61,341 nucleotides of DNA, filler included, from 12 parts of 12 records of this genome joined end to end with filler, not necessarily neighbours in it, one strand, 5' to 3'. Positions 46,099 through 57,724 are shown, counted from the whole stretch's first letter. Program-made: numbers and translations. The notes: generated from the sequence alone by a model not told the origin.

Positions 46099-46867
46099 AC
46101 CTGCCCAAGCGCCGGCTGCCCAAGCACCGGCTGCCCAGGCGCCGGCACCTGCCCAAGCACCTGCCGCCAAGCTGGCCACACCCTCAGGGCGTCCGCGAAG
46201 CGCCAGCACGGTGTGTGAGAAGGGCGTGCTGGACGCAGCTAAAAAGGGGGACGCGGCCGAGCTAAAGAAGCTGCTGGCGGAGGATCCAGGGGCGGTGCTG
46301 CAGGCCAAAGACGCGGTGCACGAGCTCGCCGGCCAGCCTGATTGCGGATGCAGGCTGGCCAGACGGCGTTGCACTTTTCGGCGCCGGAAGGGCACACGGA
46401 GGCGGTGGCGGTGCTGCTCGAGGCCAAGGCTTGTGTGCTGGCAGAGACAAAGGTCGGTTGCTGGGGCTGGTTGGGCCTGATTTGGCGCAGGATGGGTATA
46501 CGGCGCATCACTATGCCGTTATTAGGGAGCAAAGTGTTGCGGGGAAGATGCTGATCGCGGCTAAGGCTGATCTCGAGGCCAAGACGGAGGCGAGTGGTGC
46601 CGATGGTGGCGTGGATTGAATGGCCGGCAGAGAGGGGAGACAGTTCTCCATTTGGCAGCAGAGCGTGGGGATACCAAGGCGGCCCAGTTGCTGCTGGAGG
46701 CCAAGGCAGATGTGCATGCTAAGACAAATGTAAGCGCGTGGCGCTCGGCTGCTAAGTAGGGCTGGTAGGCTGGACAGACGACAGTTGAACGCGCATCTCT
46801 GCATGGGCATATGCCGACTGCAACACTCCTACGCAATTCAGCCGAGTCGACCCCTCGGTCGTCGTGA
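46099..46867 (+). CDS. Ankyrin-repeat protein with an AQAPA-repeat linker; introns; 5' truncated
   Basis: GQTALHFSA, GYTAHHYA, GETVLHLAA, AKADLEAK and AKADVHAK. Confidence 0.85.
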
Positions 46868-47027
46868 AAAGGCAGCTACCTGATAACGGCATAGTAGTGT
46901 ACCGTATACCCATCCTTCAAAATAGGACCAAACGAGTATTTTGTAATTTGATAGACACGCGAGCTAATTACTTTATAGTACGTGGCATAGAATCGAACTC
47001 AGGTTGTTTGATTGTGATTTGATTGTA

Positions 47028-49690
47028 TTACGGTGTGTTGCTATAGTGTTCGCTCATCTCCCGCGGCTGGAACCACTCCGAGTAAGTGGAGGCGTCCCTC
47101 ACCGCCCTCATCCCCGGCTGGTGTTGCCCGAGATTCACGAACCCCTCATCAGCCCTCGGACTAACAGCTGCCTGCTCGTTGCCATCCACCCAGATTGCGC
47201 GGCAGCACGGGCAACGCGCCTCGCCTCCCTGTTTCTCGCGGGCAGCCCTCCACTGCTCTGCGCAGTCCTTGTGGAAGTTTGTTCCGCACGACGCTTGGCA
47301 CCAGACCAAGGCCTCACACACCGCGCCCTCGCCCATCGGCTCGTAGCAAACAGCGCAGGGCGACTCGCCCACCGGTTGCCGCACCACCGGACGTTGCGGC
47401 TCGAGCGGATCGGCAGCGCCAACAGCCGCCCTGGCCCGGGCGCTGGCCAGCGGCAGTTGGCCGGCTGGTTCGAGGATCTGAACGAGCTCAGAGTGGAGCA
47501 AAGCCTTCTGGCTGACAAGGTGTGAATCGCGCGGCACGCTGAGCACCCGAAGTAGCACGAACAGGACGTGCTTGCACTGATTGCCCCGGCCACTCCCCTT
47601 GGACGAGTCCACACAGTCGCACGTAACTGTTGGGCCTATCATTACGGTGTATAGATTGCCCGTGCTCCCGAGCACTCGGAACTTCCTCTGAGGGCCTGCC
47701 TCCGTCTGCTCAATTGGGTTCATATCCACGAGATACATCCTCTGACTCATTGCCCTCTCTATTCTATCAAGCACCGCCTTGGTCTGCTTCCGCAGCGGGG
47801 CTGCCCTCCGCTCGCCACTAGTCTCAGCAGGCGTATCCGAGCGCCACCTCTTGCTCCTCTGGCGCGCTGAGGGCACTGCGGCGCGTCTGCGGGTCGGCTT
47901 CGGTCGGGAGGCTGTCGGGTCGGCTTGGTCGGCCCGCACCCGCGCCACCAGCCACGACTCCGGCACCACCTCGGCCCCGACTTCGGACGCCCGCTTGGGT
48001 GTCTGCCGCTCGGAGCCCTCGCTCACGAGCACATGCGTGGTGCCGTTGCAAATCCGCTGGACCACCCTCGCACCGAGCCGGGCAAGATGCCGCTCTATCT
48101 GCGACCTGCAGTGAGCCGGCAGGCCGAGCGGGGAGGGTGCCTGCTCTTTGGAGCTGAACAACCGCCATGCTTTGCCGACCACGGCCACTACACATCCTGC
48201 GAGACGCAATGAGCCCGAGCATCGGCCAGTGGTCACCGTCAGGTATCTTCACATTTATTAATCGTTGTTCCGCCGGGCCCCCGTCGAAATGCAGCGCCGC
48301 CGCCCGTTGCAGATCCCCGCCCGCACGGTCCAGCAGTGACTCGCACTGGGCCTGACTGACGTCCCCCAACAGCTCCTTCAACTGCACAGCCTGCGGACTA
48401 ACAGGCCGGTGCGCCCCTCGTATCTGCGCCTCTATCTGCCTCTGAGCCTCCAAATCGACGGTGCCCAAATCAAACTGCCCAGAGGGTTTGCTCTTGGCGG
48501 AGAGCCAGCTGTCTATCCGGCCGCGGTCGTGTGTTAAGTCCATGGAGCCCACAAACAGGTCTACCTGCCTCCCGCCGTCTTCGGCGCTCACAGTCGGAGT
48601 AATCTTCTGCGGCTTGACAACCGCCACGAACTGCTGCAGCTCGGAGTAGGACGAGTGCTCGCTGTAAGGCACTGAGTACACCCGAGTGCTCCCGTTATTC
48701 TCTACCCAGGCCGAGTACCCCCTCTCAGCCTGGCTAGCAGAGTACGCCCAGCCTGTCGGCCTAAAATAGCACACCGCCTTCCAGCACGGCTCGGCCTGGA
48801 GCAGCTTGGCCATCTCGGCGTGCTGGCTGCTCGGGCCGGCCAACGGCACTACGCGCACTCTCACTTCTGGTGAGGGCACAGTTGTGTAGAGCTCACACCA
48901 CCGATGGCATAGCTTGAGCATCCGCGCCCGCTGCGGCGTGACCAGCGCCTGGGAGCCCACCGCCCGGGCCACCGCCTCGATCGCGAGCTCCTTGCCTATC
49001 GAGTAGCTTCCCACCACGAACAGCGTGCCCGGCTCGCGGGCTGTCTCTTGCCGTGCCAGCTGGGCGAGAGCTTTGAGTGCATCCGGCTGGCTCGGAAAGG
49101 TGTACTGCGGCTTGCAGTAGGTAGTGTCCAGATACAGATTGCGCACCGGGCGCTCGGCCAGCAGCCTGCGCCGCTCTCTCAGCCGGTGCCAGCGACGGGG
49201 CACCGGAGGAGGGCCGGGTTGGCGCAGACAGTCGGGGAGGCACGGAAGTCCCCAGTGTGCAGCAGGGCGGTCTGGCTGTCTTGCGGGGCAAAGTGCACGA
49301 TGACAGCGCCCTGTGTGGCCACCGCTGAGAGGGCGGGCGCAGGGAAGGGCACCGGGCAGTGGCCTGCTTCCAAAAACGTGACGGTGACGCCTTGGATTAG
49401 GGTGGGTGTGTCGAGCGGGATGGGCACCACGTGCTTGGGGCTGACCCGGAGGAGCTGCACCACCAGGGCCGCGGTGATGGGCGAGCAATAGATGCTCCCG
49501 AGGTCGAAGCTGGCGGTGAGCCCGGTGTAGTGGTCGGCGTGGTAGTGGGTCAGGAAGTAGTGAGATACTGCCGGGTCCAGAAAGTTGAACCCGTCCACTA
49601 TGAACGGTGTGCCCTGCACGCTCTTGATCGACGCCACCTGCCCACGCCGCTCAGGCTGCCCCGGCGTCCAGCGGTCACCTGCGACGCCAT
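47028..49690 (-). CDS. SNM1/PSO2 beta-CASP nuclease fused to UBA-like, BRCT, SWIM and RING domains
   Basis: LTHYHADH, AGHCPG, HTGDFR, LYLDTTY and VPYSEHSSY; a 40-nt intron (48197-48236) continues into BRCT (TTHVLV...VPESWL), SWIM (CDC...CKH) and RING (CAVC...CGTNFHKDC...CPCC). Confidence 0.82.
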
Positions 49691-49756
49691 CGGCCGCACA
49701 GCGACGCCAGGTCGTTCAAGTTTTAACGGCAAGCCGGTGCGGATCAGCTTGGCGAA

Positions 49757-51433
49757 ATGCAGTGGGGTCCGTGGACGATGGTGGGCCCGGGCCCGTACAA
49801 CCAGACTGCGACCAACCCGCTGCGCTCGTTCGACCAGACGGTCGCCGAGTTCCGTTGGGAGCTGCCGCGAGAGTTCAACATAGCGTGGGCGGTCTGCGGT
49901 CGCCATGCCCAGACCAGCCCGGACCGGCCGGCCGTGATCACCTGCCCCGAGACAAGCCGACAGCCGGCCGTGACAACGAGCTTTAAGCAGTTGCAGGCGG
50001 GAATGAACCGGGTGGTCCATGGGCTGCGGCGGCTAGGGGTACGGCGGGGGGATCGAGTGGCCACCCAGCTCGACCAGGGGGTTGCTGCCCTCGAAGCCTT
50101 CATAGCCACGCTGCATCTGGGGGCCATCGCGGTGCCCATCCCGCCCGCGTTTGGCAAGGAGGCCGTAGAGTACCGACTGCACGACGCTGGGGCTAGAGTG
50201 CTCATTGCCGAAGCGGCTGGCCTAAATTCTCATTGGCTGGCGCAGCTGTCTGGGCTCGAGTTGGTGTATGCCGGGGAGCGGGGGGCCTTCGCCGAGCTTG
50301 GGAATGACCTTGAGCTGGTGGAATGCGTGCCCACCGCCCCTGAAGACCCTGCGATTATCTTCTACACGTCGGGCTCGACCGGACCTGCCAAGGGCGTGCT
50401 ACACGGGCACCAACTGTTGCTCGGGCACATTCCAGGGTTTCAGATAATGTTTAACAACGCGCCTGAGCCCAACGACGTGCTGTATACCCCTTCGGTCTGG
50501 GCCTGGCAGGGCTCACTCGGAGATTTGGTGATGCCCAGCCTCTACTTTGGCTGCACCGTGGTCGCGTCTCCCGGCCAGTTTACTGTCGAACGCATGTGGC
50601 GAGTGCTGACTCAAACTGGGGTCACGCGGGCTTTCATGGCAACAGCGGTGTTGCGGCATTTGCTCAAAGACGACGTGGCCAAGAGCCTCGTGTGGCCTAA
50701 GCTCAGGGCCCTTTGCACGGGCGGGGACCCGCTGACTGCAGAGCTGAGGGATCGGGTGAATGCCATGTTTGGTACCAAAATCAACGATGATTACGGACTA
50801 ACTGAGACCAGCCACATCGCCGGAGGCTGCGCCGTCAGGTTTGCCACCCCAAGTGGGGCTATCGGTCGAGTGATGCCTGGCCGCCGGGTGGCCGTTGTTG
50901 ACGACTCGCTCCAGCCCGTGCCAGCCGGGACTGTAGGTCAGATTGTTTCGAGCGCGAAGGATCCGATCACTATGCTGCGGTACTGGGGCAGGCCCGAAGC
51001 CACTGCTGCACGTATTCACTCTAGCGGCTGGTGCCTGACCAGTGATTTCGGCATGCTGGACGCCGATGGCTTTCTGTGGTTCAAAGGGCGGATGTCGCTT
51101 ACTCTCAAGATCTCCGGGCAGCCGATCGGGCCTGAGGAAATCGAGTCGTGCTTGTGCGCACATCCAGCCGTGTCAGAGGTGGTGGTGTTTGGTGAGCCTC
51201 ATCGTGTCAAAGGCGAAGTCCCTGTGGCAGTAATCCAGTTGGCTGCCGGCCAGAGCGGCGGCCCGAGGCTCGTGGCGGAGTTGCGCCAGCTCGCCAAGCT
51301 AAGGTTGGCTCTTTTTGCCTACCCGGAGCGGATTGTATTTAGCAGTATTCCGAGGAATTCGAACGGCAAGATAGACCGGGCGGCAACGCGCAGCGCGTTC
51401 ATGCGACAAGTCCAGGAAAGAGCAAGCCTTTGA
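49757..51433 (+). CDS. Acyl-CoA synthetase (AMP-binding), intronless; start at 49757 or 49778
   Basis: YTSGSTGPAKG, YGLTE, SDFG...DGFLWFKGR, IGPEEIE and PRNSNGKI. Confidence 0.93.
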   Translation: MQWGPWTMVGPGPYNQTATNPLRSFDQTVAEFRWELPREFNIAWAVCGRHAQTSPDRPAVITCPETSRQPAVTTSFKQLQAGMNRVVHGLRRLGVRRGDRVATQLDQGVAALEAFIATLHLGAIAVPIPPAFGKEAVEYRLHDAGARVLIAEAAGLNSHWLAQLSGLELVYAGERGAFAELGNDLELVECVPTAPEDPAIIFYTSGSTGPAKGVLHGHQLLLGHIPGFQIMFNNAPEPNDVLYTPSVWAWQGSLGDLVMPSLYFGCTVVASPGQFTVERMWRVLTQTGVTRAFMATAVLRHLLKDDVAKSLVWPKLRALCTGGDPLTAELRDRVNAMFGTKINDDYGLTETSHIAGGCAVRFATPSGAIGRVMPGRRVAVVDDSLQPVPAGTVGQIVSSAKDPITMLRYWGRPEATAARIHSSGWCLTSDFGMLDADGFLWFKGRMSLTLKISGQPIGPEEIESCLCAHPAVSEVVVFGEPHRVKGEVPVAVIQLAAGQSGGPRLVAELRQLAKLRLALFAYPERIVFSSIPRNSNGKIDRAATRSAFMRQVQERASL

Positions 51434-51992
51434 TGATTTTACGTAATGGATCTTGAATCGAACTCCAGGTTGTTGCCTATCTACGTAATAGAGTGATCCA
51501 CAGAGAGGAACTATATAGATTCATTTTGGATATTTATATACGAGTACTTAATCGTCCATGTAATTGATATCCGGGTCCGCGTCTCGAGGATTCTTCCGGA
51601 ATTCCGTTGACCACCTTGGAACCCTGGGTGTTGCAAGCTCTTTTTTTGCACCGCGTGTTTACTTGGCACGAATGGCAGCACTGCTATAAAGGGTTACTAT
51701 TTTTATATTGGGACCCAATGTCGTCACCACCGACGCCGATCAGGCCAGACAAGTCAGCCCCAAGCGCGAAGACGGGATCCGGACGTCGACTCCGATTGTC
51801 GACGATCTCGTCACAACCGCCGTGAATCGTCCGAGGATGGAAACGCTGCCGCACTGGATTATTACTGGATTGCTACAATCATGTAAGTAAGAGCATTAAT
51901 CTACTCTCTCGATCTACTTATGTCCGAGATTGCGCGTGATTGCACGACCCATCATAAGTCGTCGCATGTCTGCCGGTCTGCCCAGGTTCTCC

Positions 51993-52133
51993 AACTCCAA
52001 GTAAAACATGGTTTTGCTCCAGCATCCGTGGGACTCGTGGTTGCGCTACTCGCGTGAACCGGAGAACTCCGAGTAAACCATGGTTTTGCTCCAGCATCCG
52101 TGGGGCTCGTGGTTGCGCTACTCGCGTGAACCG
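51993..52133. repeat. 72-bp tandem duplication, 2 copies
   Basis: Near-identical units starting at 51993 and 52065; a 24-aa repeat in the minus frame. Confidence 0.92.
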
Positions 52134-52327
52134 TCAGGTCATCAGGCGGGACTTGGAGAAGCAGTGCATCGTCTCGTGCACGCAAGCTATTCGGCCTGCT
52201 TTCAATCGTTTCTGGGTCCAGGCAGCGNNNNNNNNNNNNNNNNNNNNNNNNNNNNNNNNNNNNNNNNNNNNTTAATTAATTAANNNNNNNNNNNNNNNNN
52301 NNNNNNNNNNNNNNNNNNNNNNNNNNN

Positions 52328-53759
52328 CGCACCGCCTTGCCCTCCATTGCAGCTTGGAGCGTCGCAGCCGCACCGCCCACCCGGCTGGCCGGCCTCTGAT
52401 CGCACTGGCTGGCGGCCCGATCGGCTAGCAAGGCCAAGTCCTCCAGCCATACTGACAGCTCCGACACCACAGCGCCCGGCTCTGGCCCGGCCGCCCAGCC
52501 CGCCCCAGGCCCGGCCGCAGTCACGCCCACAAAGCAGCCGGCCGCCTGGAACAGCCGGGCGGGCTCAGTGGCCCCGCACCTGCGCCGAGTGAGCAGCCTA
52601 ACCCGGGCAGGGCACCACTCTAGCGCGGGCCACAGCTCGTGGCAGGCTTCCGGCTGATAGCTCCAGTCCCCGCTGACTGCCGCCGCCAGCACCAGCCCAG
52701 CAGGCAGCGCTGTGAGCTCGGCGGCCACGCCGGCCACTGAGGCCAGGCTCGGGCTGCCCCATGGGCTGGCTGGGCCAAACGGGCGGTGCGCACCTCTTTG
52801 GGAGTGACCACTGGGCTACTGTATCCAGCTGCGGTCGGGTGGCAGCCAGCCTGATCGCCCGGAGGTGGAGCGCGTGCCCGCTGAGCGGCTCGAACAGTTG
52901 CCCGTCCAGCTGCCGCCCGCTGAGCCGGGCCCGCGGCTGGGCACCTCTATCGCGCCAGCCCGAGATCCGACGGCTACAGTGCTCCCGCGCAGCCTGAGCT
53001 GGCCAGGGAGCATCATCCGGCCGCGCGCCCTGTTGCACACCAGCTGCCCAGCCTGAGCCGGGCCAGCCGGGTCGCACCGCCAGGTAGCTCATCACTGCCA
53101 TCGACAGCCGTTTGGGCTCGAGCCCGACCAGCTCCTCCGGCTCAAACAGCCGGGGCACCCCGCCCGCACCCAGCCGATCGAGCGCCTCCCCCATCCCCGA
53201 CGAGCGCGGGCCGGACGCCTCGAGTGCCCGCTTGAACGCGAGCACCGCCTTTGACTGGTCCGGCTGGAGCTGCCCGGCCAGTTTGTCTGCGAGCGCCGCG
53301 AACCCGCGCCCGTCGGCCCAGCTGGATCCAAAGTTGGTCACCTTGTGCTCCGGCTCCACCAGCCGCTGCGCCCACTTCTTGAGCGCGTCCCGGCCCATCG
53401 CTGCCCCCCCGTCGCCCCCCCCCGCCGCCGCCAGCCGCACCGATCCGGACGTGCAGCGGCTGGCCGCGCGGGTCTACCACTTCGGCAAGCTCGAACCGGC
53501 TGACCAGCGCCCACACCAGCCCCTCGAGCGCCGCCGGCCAGCTGTCGGCCTCGGCCCACCCGTGGGGGGCCGGCACCTGGTGCTCGGCCAACGCCCCGGC
53601 CAGACCGGCGGCCGGGATCAGGTCGCCGCCGGTGAGCGCCTGGAGCAGCCGGCCAAGCCACTCGGCGTCGGCCGCAAAGCTTCTGCCGTCGGGGCCCGAG
53701 CTGCTCTCGGGCGGCTCTCCGAGCCGGAAGGCCGCCCAGCGGCGCAGTGCAGGGAGCAT
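52328..53759 (-). CDS. Calponin-homology domain protein, 3' truncated
   Basis: ALKKWAQ...VTNFGSSWADGRGFAAL...GVPRLFEPEEL...VMSYL; a degenerate first CH domain (ALRRWA). Confidence 0.75.
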
Positions 53760-53845
53760 CACACAGGCTCTGGTTGCCTTCCCCAAAATAACGGACAAAT
53801 CGCAGCCAAAAAGCCCTCTCCGCGCAGGTCGAGGGTGGGTGGACT

Positions 53846-54284
53846 ATGGCCGAGAGCGGGGAGCCGGGCGAGGCGGGGCAGCGGGCTCGGTTGCAGCGGA
53901 GCTCGGACAGTCTGGCCGACCAGAATCGTCGGATCCAGAACTCGCACCAACACGCGCTGGAGGCCGAGGTGCCCTCCTGTTAGCGCGGGTAGCTCTGCCG
54001 GCTGCGGAGCGTGGGCAATAGACCCGGACCAGGCGAGTGCCCGTGCTGAGCCAGGGGCAGGGCAGCGCGAGCGAGGTGCTTGCGGCGCTCCGAGCCCAGC
54101 GAGAAACCATAGAGAGCTCCCGGGCCAAGGCGCCGCCCCACAGCCGGCAGCGCTGAGCCGCCGGTGCAGAACGCCGAAGCGCAGGAGAACCTGACGCGTA
54201 GCGAGAGTGCGTGGGCCGTGCGGCGGGGCAGATCGGCGGGCAGATACGCTCACCAAGATGGAGAGGACCTGCGCGTGCATGTGA
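53846..54284 (+). CDS. Vti1-like Qb-SNARE miniprotein with no TM, ending in CaaX; 3 introns (not in the ORF track)
   Basis: Introns 53969-54060, 54130-54169 (GC-AG) and 54207-54243 give QRARLQRSSDSL...ALEAEGSASEVLAALRAQRETI...LTRSENTLTKMERTCACM-TGA. Confidence 0.7.
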
Positions 54285-54670
54285 CGCCCGCTGGCCAAAC
54301 CGGGCGCTGCCGCTCAAGCATGCTTGGCTTCAGCACGCGATGCCTTTGGTGCCGGCCTAGGGCACTCGCATTTCAATTATAAACCTTCCAGCCGAGCGCT
54401 ACCGGTGTCGCAGTGCGTCCATCTTGCCGTGCACCTTGCCTCGACTCCAGCCCGGCAGCCCCGCCTAGCCCTACCGGCATAAGCTATTCGATAATCAATC
54501 AATTGCTGAGGGGCCACAGACTAACCCACCCAGACTAGGGCCCCAGCTCCTAGGGGGCTCCACCAGCGCACTCGTGAGTCGTGACTCGTCTCCGCCGGTG
54601 TCGCGGTGGCAGACGTGGCAGAGTCAGCTGCCGTGATAACGGCATTAGGAATCCCACTCAAAATCAAACA

Positions 54671-55986
54671 ATGGGGCAAGGCAGCGGATCGACGTTGCGT
54701 GCCCGTCCGACGCGCGAAGCAGCCAAGCGGAGCACCCGCTCCGGGGCCAAGCCGCCCCCGAGCCCAAGCTTCCGGCAGGCGCTCTCGGGGATCGTCAACT
54801 GCATGGCCGGGGCCGGCAAGGGCCTGCTGAGCAGCCAGCCCAAGCCCAAGCCCAAGAAGCGCAACAGAGTGAGCTTCGACCGGCTTGAGCGGCACGAGTT
54901 TGACTCCGAGTCGCCGGCCAAGCGCCGCCTGATCGGGGAAGGCGGGATGGAGGCAGCCGAGCGCCTGGACGACGAGCAACTGGCCTTCGAGCTGAGCGCG
55001 GCCGGCGAGCACCCAGCGGACAGCCGGGAGGCGATGCTCGGCCAGTTGGCCCAGCTCGAGCGGCGGAGCCTGGCCGACCAACTTGAGCGCTGGGTGCCGC
55101 CCCGCACGAGCCTGGCCGGGAGCGGGGTCGGCAGGGATTACTGCCGTCGGAAGGGCTGGAGGTGATGCCGGCCCGGCAGATGGCGCTCAAGCGCAAGATC
55201 ATCAACCGGCTCCAGCGGAAGGTGGGGAGCGGGGCCAGCCCGGCCGATCGAGCCGGCAGGTGGCGCTTGTTGTGGCCGAGTGCGAGTGTGCCAAGCTCCC
55301 GGCGGAGCGACTTAGCCAGGAGCTCTCCAAGTACCGGCTGTCCACCCAAGGCTCGCGGTGCGGCCGGGCAGCGCCGGGGCTGAGTGGGGGGCAGCGAGGA
55401 GCAGGAGGAGCGGCTGGAGTGGGCGCTGCTCAAGGAGAGCAAGCACATGAAGATCGAGGGCGACGGGTACACTTACGGGCGGGTGATGATCGCGCCCGAG
55501 GAGCTGCTCGAGGAGCTGCCCGACGCCCAGCTCAAGCAGATGCTGGCCGCCGAGTTCGAGCTGCCGGCCAAGCAGATCCCCCGGCTCAAGGCGTCCAAGA
55601 AGCTGCTGCTGGAGCAGGCGAGCCTGTAGAGCGGCCTGTGCTAGCCTGGGTGCAGCTGATGACTGAGCGCGCCGACCAGCAGCAGCAGCAGGCGATCGAC
55701 ACGGTGCTCCAGAGCGAGCTGGCCTACTATCGGGCCGAGAGCGCCGACCTCTCAAGGCACCCGGCCCTGGGGTTGGCTGAGCCGGCAGCAGGGCTTCACC
55801 CGCCCGCGGCTCTAGGCTCAAGCTGTTTGGAGAACTCGAGAGGCTGGTGGCCGCGGTGGGCCTGATCAGCCGGGCTGGGCCGAGCGGCTTGGGCAGGTGG
55901 AGCTGGATGGCGGGGAGCTGTGGGCATTCATGGAGCCTGAGGACGAGATCAGCTTCTCGGAGGCCTGCACTGTCAAATATAGCTAG
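54671..55986 (+). CDS. Basic, probably nuclear protein with a SAP-like motif; several introns; 3' end uncertain (55629 or 55986)
   Basis: NLS-like KPKKRNR and PAKRR; KLPAERLSQELSKYRLSTQG resembles SAP. Confidence 0.5.
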
Positions 55987-56194
55987 AGACTTGAAGTCTT
56001 TTATAATCATATATTGATGACTAAAAACCTATTTTAACTAGCTAGGCCCTGCCAAGGCCCTGCTGGAGCTATAACTTGAGCTCTGTTGATCAATAAAGAG
56101 CGGGGTGTCGGAACTGACCGAACACAACCCGCACAACGGCCCACAGGAGCCCCGACGCCCACAGGCCGGCACAGGAGGGAGCCCCGCTGAGACC

Positions 56195-56418
56195 ATGCAC
56201 CCGCTGCTGGCCGGGCTGCTCAGCGTGGGCCCTGGGCTGATGGGGCTGTGTCTGTTCCTGGCGCCACTGCCCACCATGCTCCGGGTGGCCCAGGAGCGGA
56301 GCACCGGCCACCTGCCCGCTCTGCCCTACTTCTCGATGGCGGTGAACGGCTGGCTCTGGGTGGTGTACGCGGCCGTGCTCCCGGGCTGGGACTACACCCT
56401 GCTGCTCACCAACCTGGT
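56195..56418 (+). CDS. SWEET/MtN3 sugar transporter, 3' truncated
   Basis: LFLAPLPTM...STG...LPY...NGWLWVVY...TN. Confidence 0.88.
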
Positions 56419-57099
56419 NNNNNNNNNNNNNNNNNNNNNNNNNNNNNNNNNNNNNNNNNNNNTTAATTAATTAANNNNNNNNNNNNNNNNNNNNNNNNNN
56501 NNNNNNNNNNNNNNNNNNCATCAGGTATCCGACGCGAACCATCGGGAGTGAGGGCAGCGGGCCCGGCCAGTTTACGAATCCAATGGGCGTGGCATGGGTG
56601 TATTTGTAAGCTACACGTGCGTTTGAATGGATTACAATGATAGCGAGAGTAGACGAGATCATAGGCATATATACCGGTACGGCAATACTGCCGTATGTCC
56701 GAATCGGGTAGCGCACTATGTTAACACGTAACCAGATCCATCGCCCGTCAAGCATGCTGGTAAGCCCGCCGCCTGCCTGGTCTGGCCCGTTGATGAGTAG
56801 CGCTCCACTCCGGCCGGCGATTCTGCGGCCCCGGTCTGCTCCTCGCGGCTCGCCCCTCCGCCCGGCTCGTCTGCCCGGAGCCGCCGCGGTCTCCATTTGA
56901 TCCTGATCACCGGCCTAAATCTTGGCCGCCCGTCTGCCTGGCCGCGCCCGCGTTGGCAACTGGCTCGGCCGGTCCGCCGCCGACGGGTCTTGCTCCCGGG
57001 CGCTCGCTGACCTTGATCCCCCGGTCTGTCCGGTCAACTCGCCGCATCTAATCATCCCCGGGCTGGCGATGTAGGCCGGCCGCGCGCTGACCGGATCCG

Positions 57100-57724
57100 G
57101 TGCAGTCCCATCGCAAGACCTTCACCCTCATCTTCGCTGTCTCCCTCATCGCGGCTTGCTCCGCCGAGCCCCAAGGGCCCATGGATGCGGTGGTCCCTGA
57201 AGCGCCCCGAGGCGCGGAGAAGACGCTCGCCCGGGATGATGGCGAGCTGGTCCAAGGCGATGTGTTTGACATAGACCAAGGGCCGAGGATGTCTGAGGGC
57301 ACCTCCAAATCCTTCAGCTCGAGCTCTTCGTCCACCACCGAGTGCCAAAACGACGGTATGCGCCAGGCGGCTGACTGCTCTCAACCGCGCGTGGCAGACT
57401 GTGAGTCAAAGCGCAATCATCGGGAAAACCAGGTGCAAATATCCCCTGGCCAGGGAGCTGAGTGCCGGCTAGGACGCGAAGCAAGCCGCCAACAATGTTG
57501 TGCACGAAGAGACGCACTCAGAGGCAGACGAAGAGGAATGCGCACCGGGCAATAACTGCATAGGGAAGCAGGCCGAGGAGGAGTGCACCGATGGCGACTG
57601 CATGAACGCCAAGGGGGGGATCCAGCCTGAGGTCGCCAAGGAAGTCATCCGGCACTCAGCCAACAGACTTGGTGGTTTTTTTAATGATTGTAAGCCGCGG
57701 GAGGGAGTATATTGCGACCCATGA
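57100..57724 (+). CDS. Putative secreted acidic, Cys-containing protein; start uncertain
   Basis: Hydrophobic leader FTLIFAVSLIAACSA; downstream exons with EEEC...C motifs. Confidence 0.4.

Noticed and set aside
51993-52133. CRISPR-like array
   Set aside because: Only two abutting 72-bp units, no unique spacers, no cas genes, eukaryotic context.
3187-56518. Recurrent TTAATTAATTAA flanked by Ns as a biological repeat, and gene clusters spanning these blocks
   Set aside because: Fixed 100-nt artificial spacers; adjacency across them carries no information.
56519-56896. Minus-strand ORF at the contig start
   Set aside because: No recognisable motif and truncated; coding status cannot be supported.
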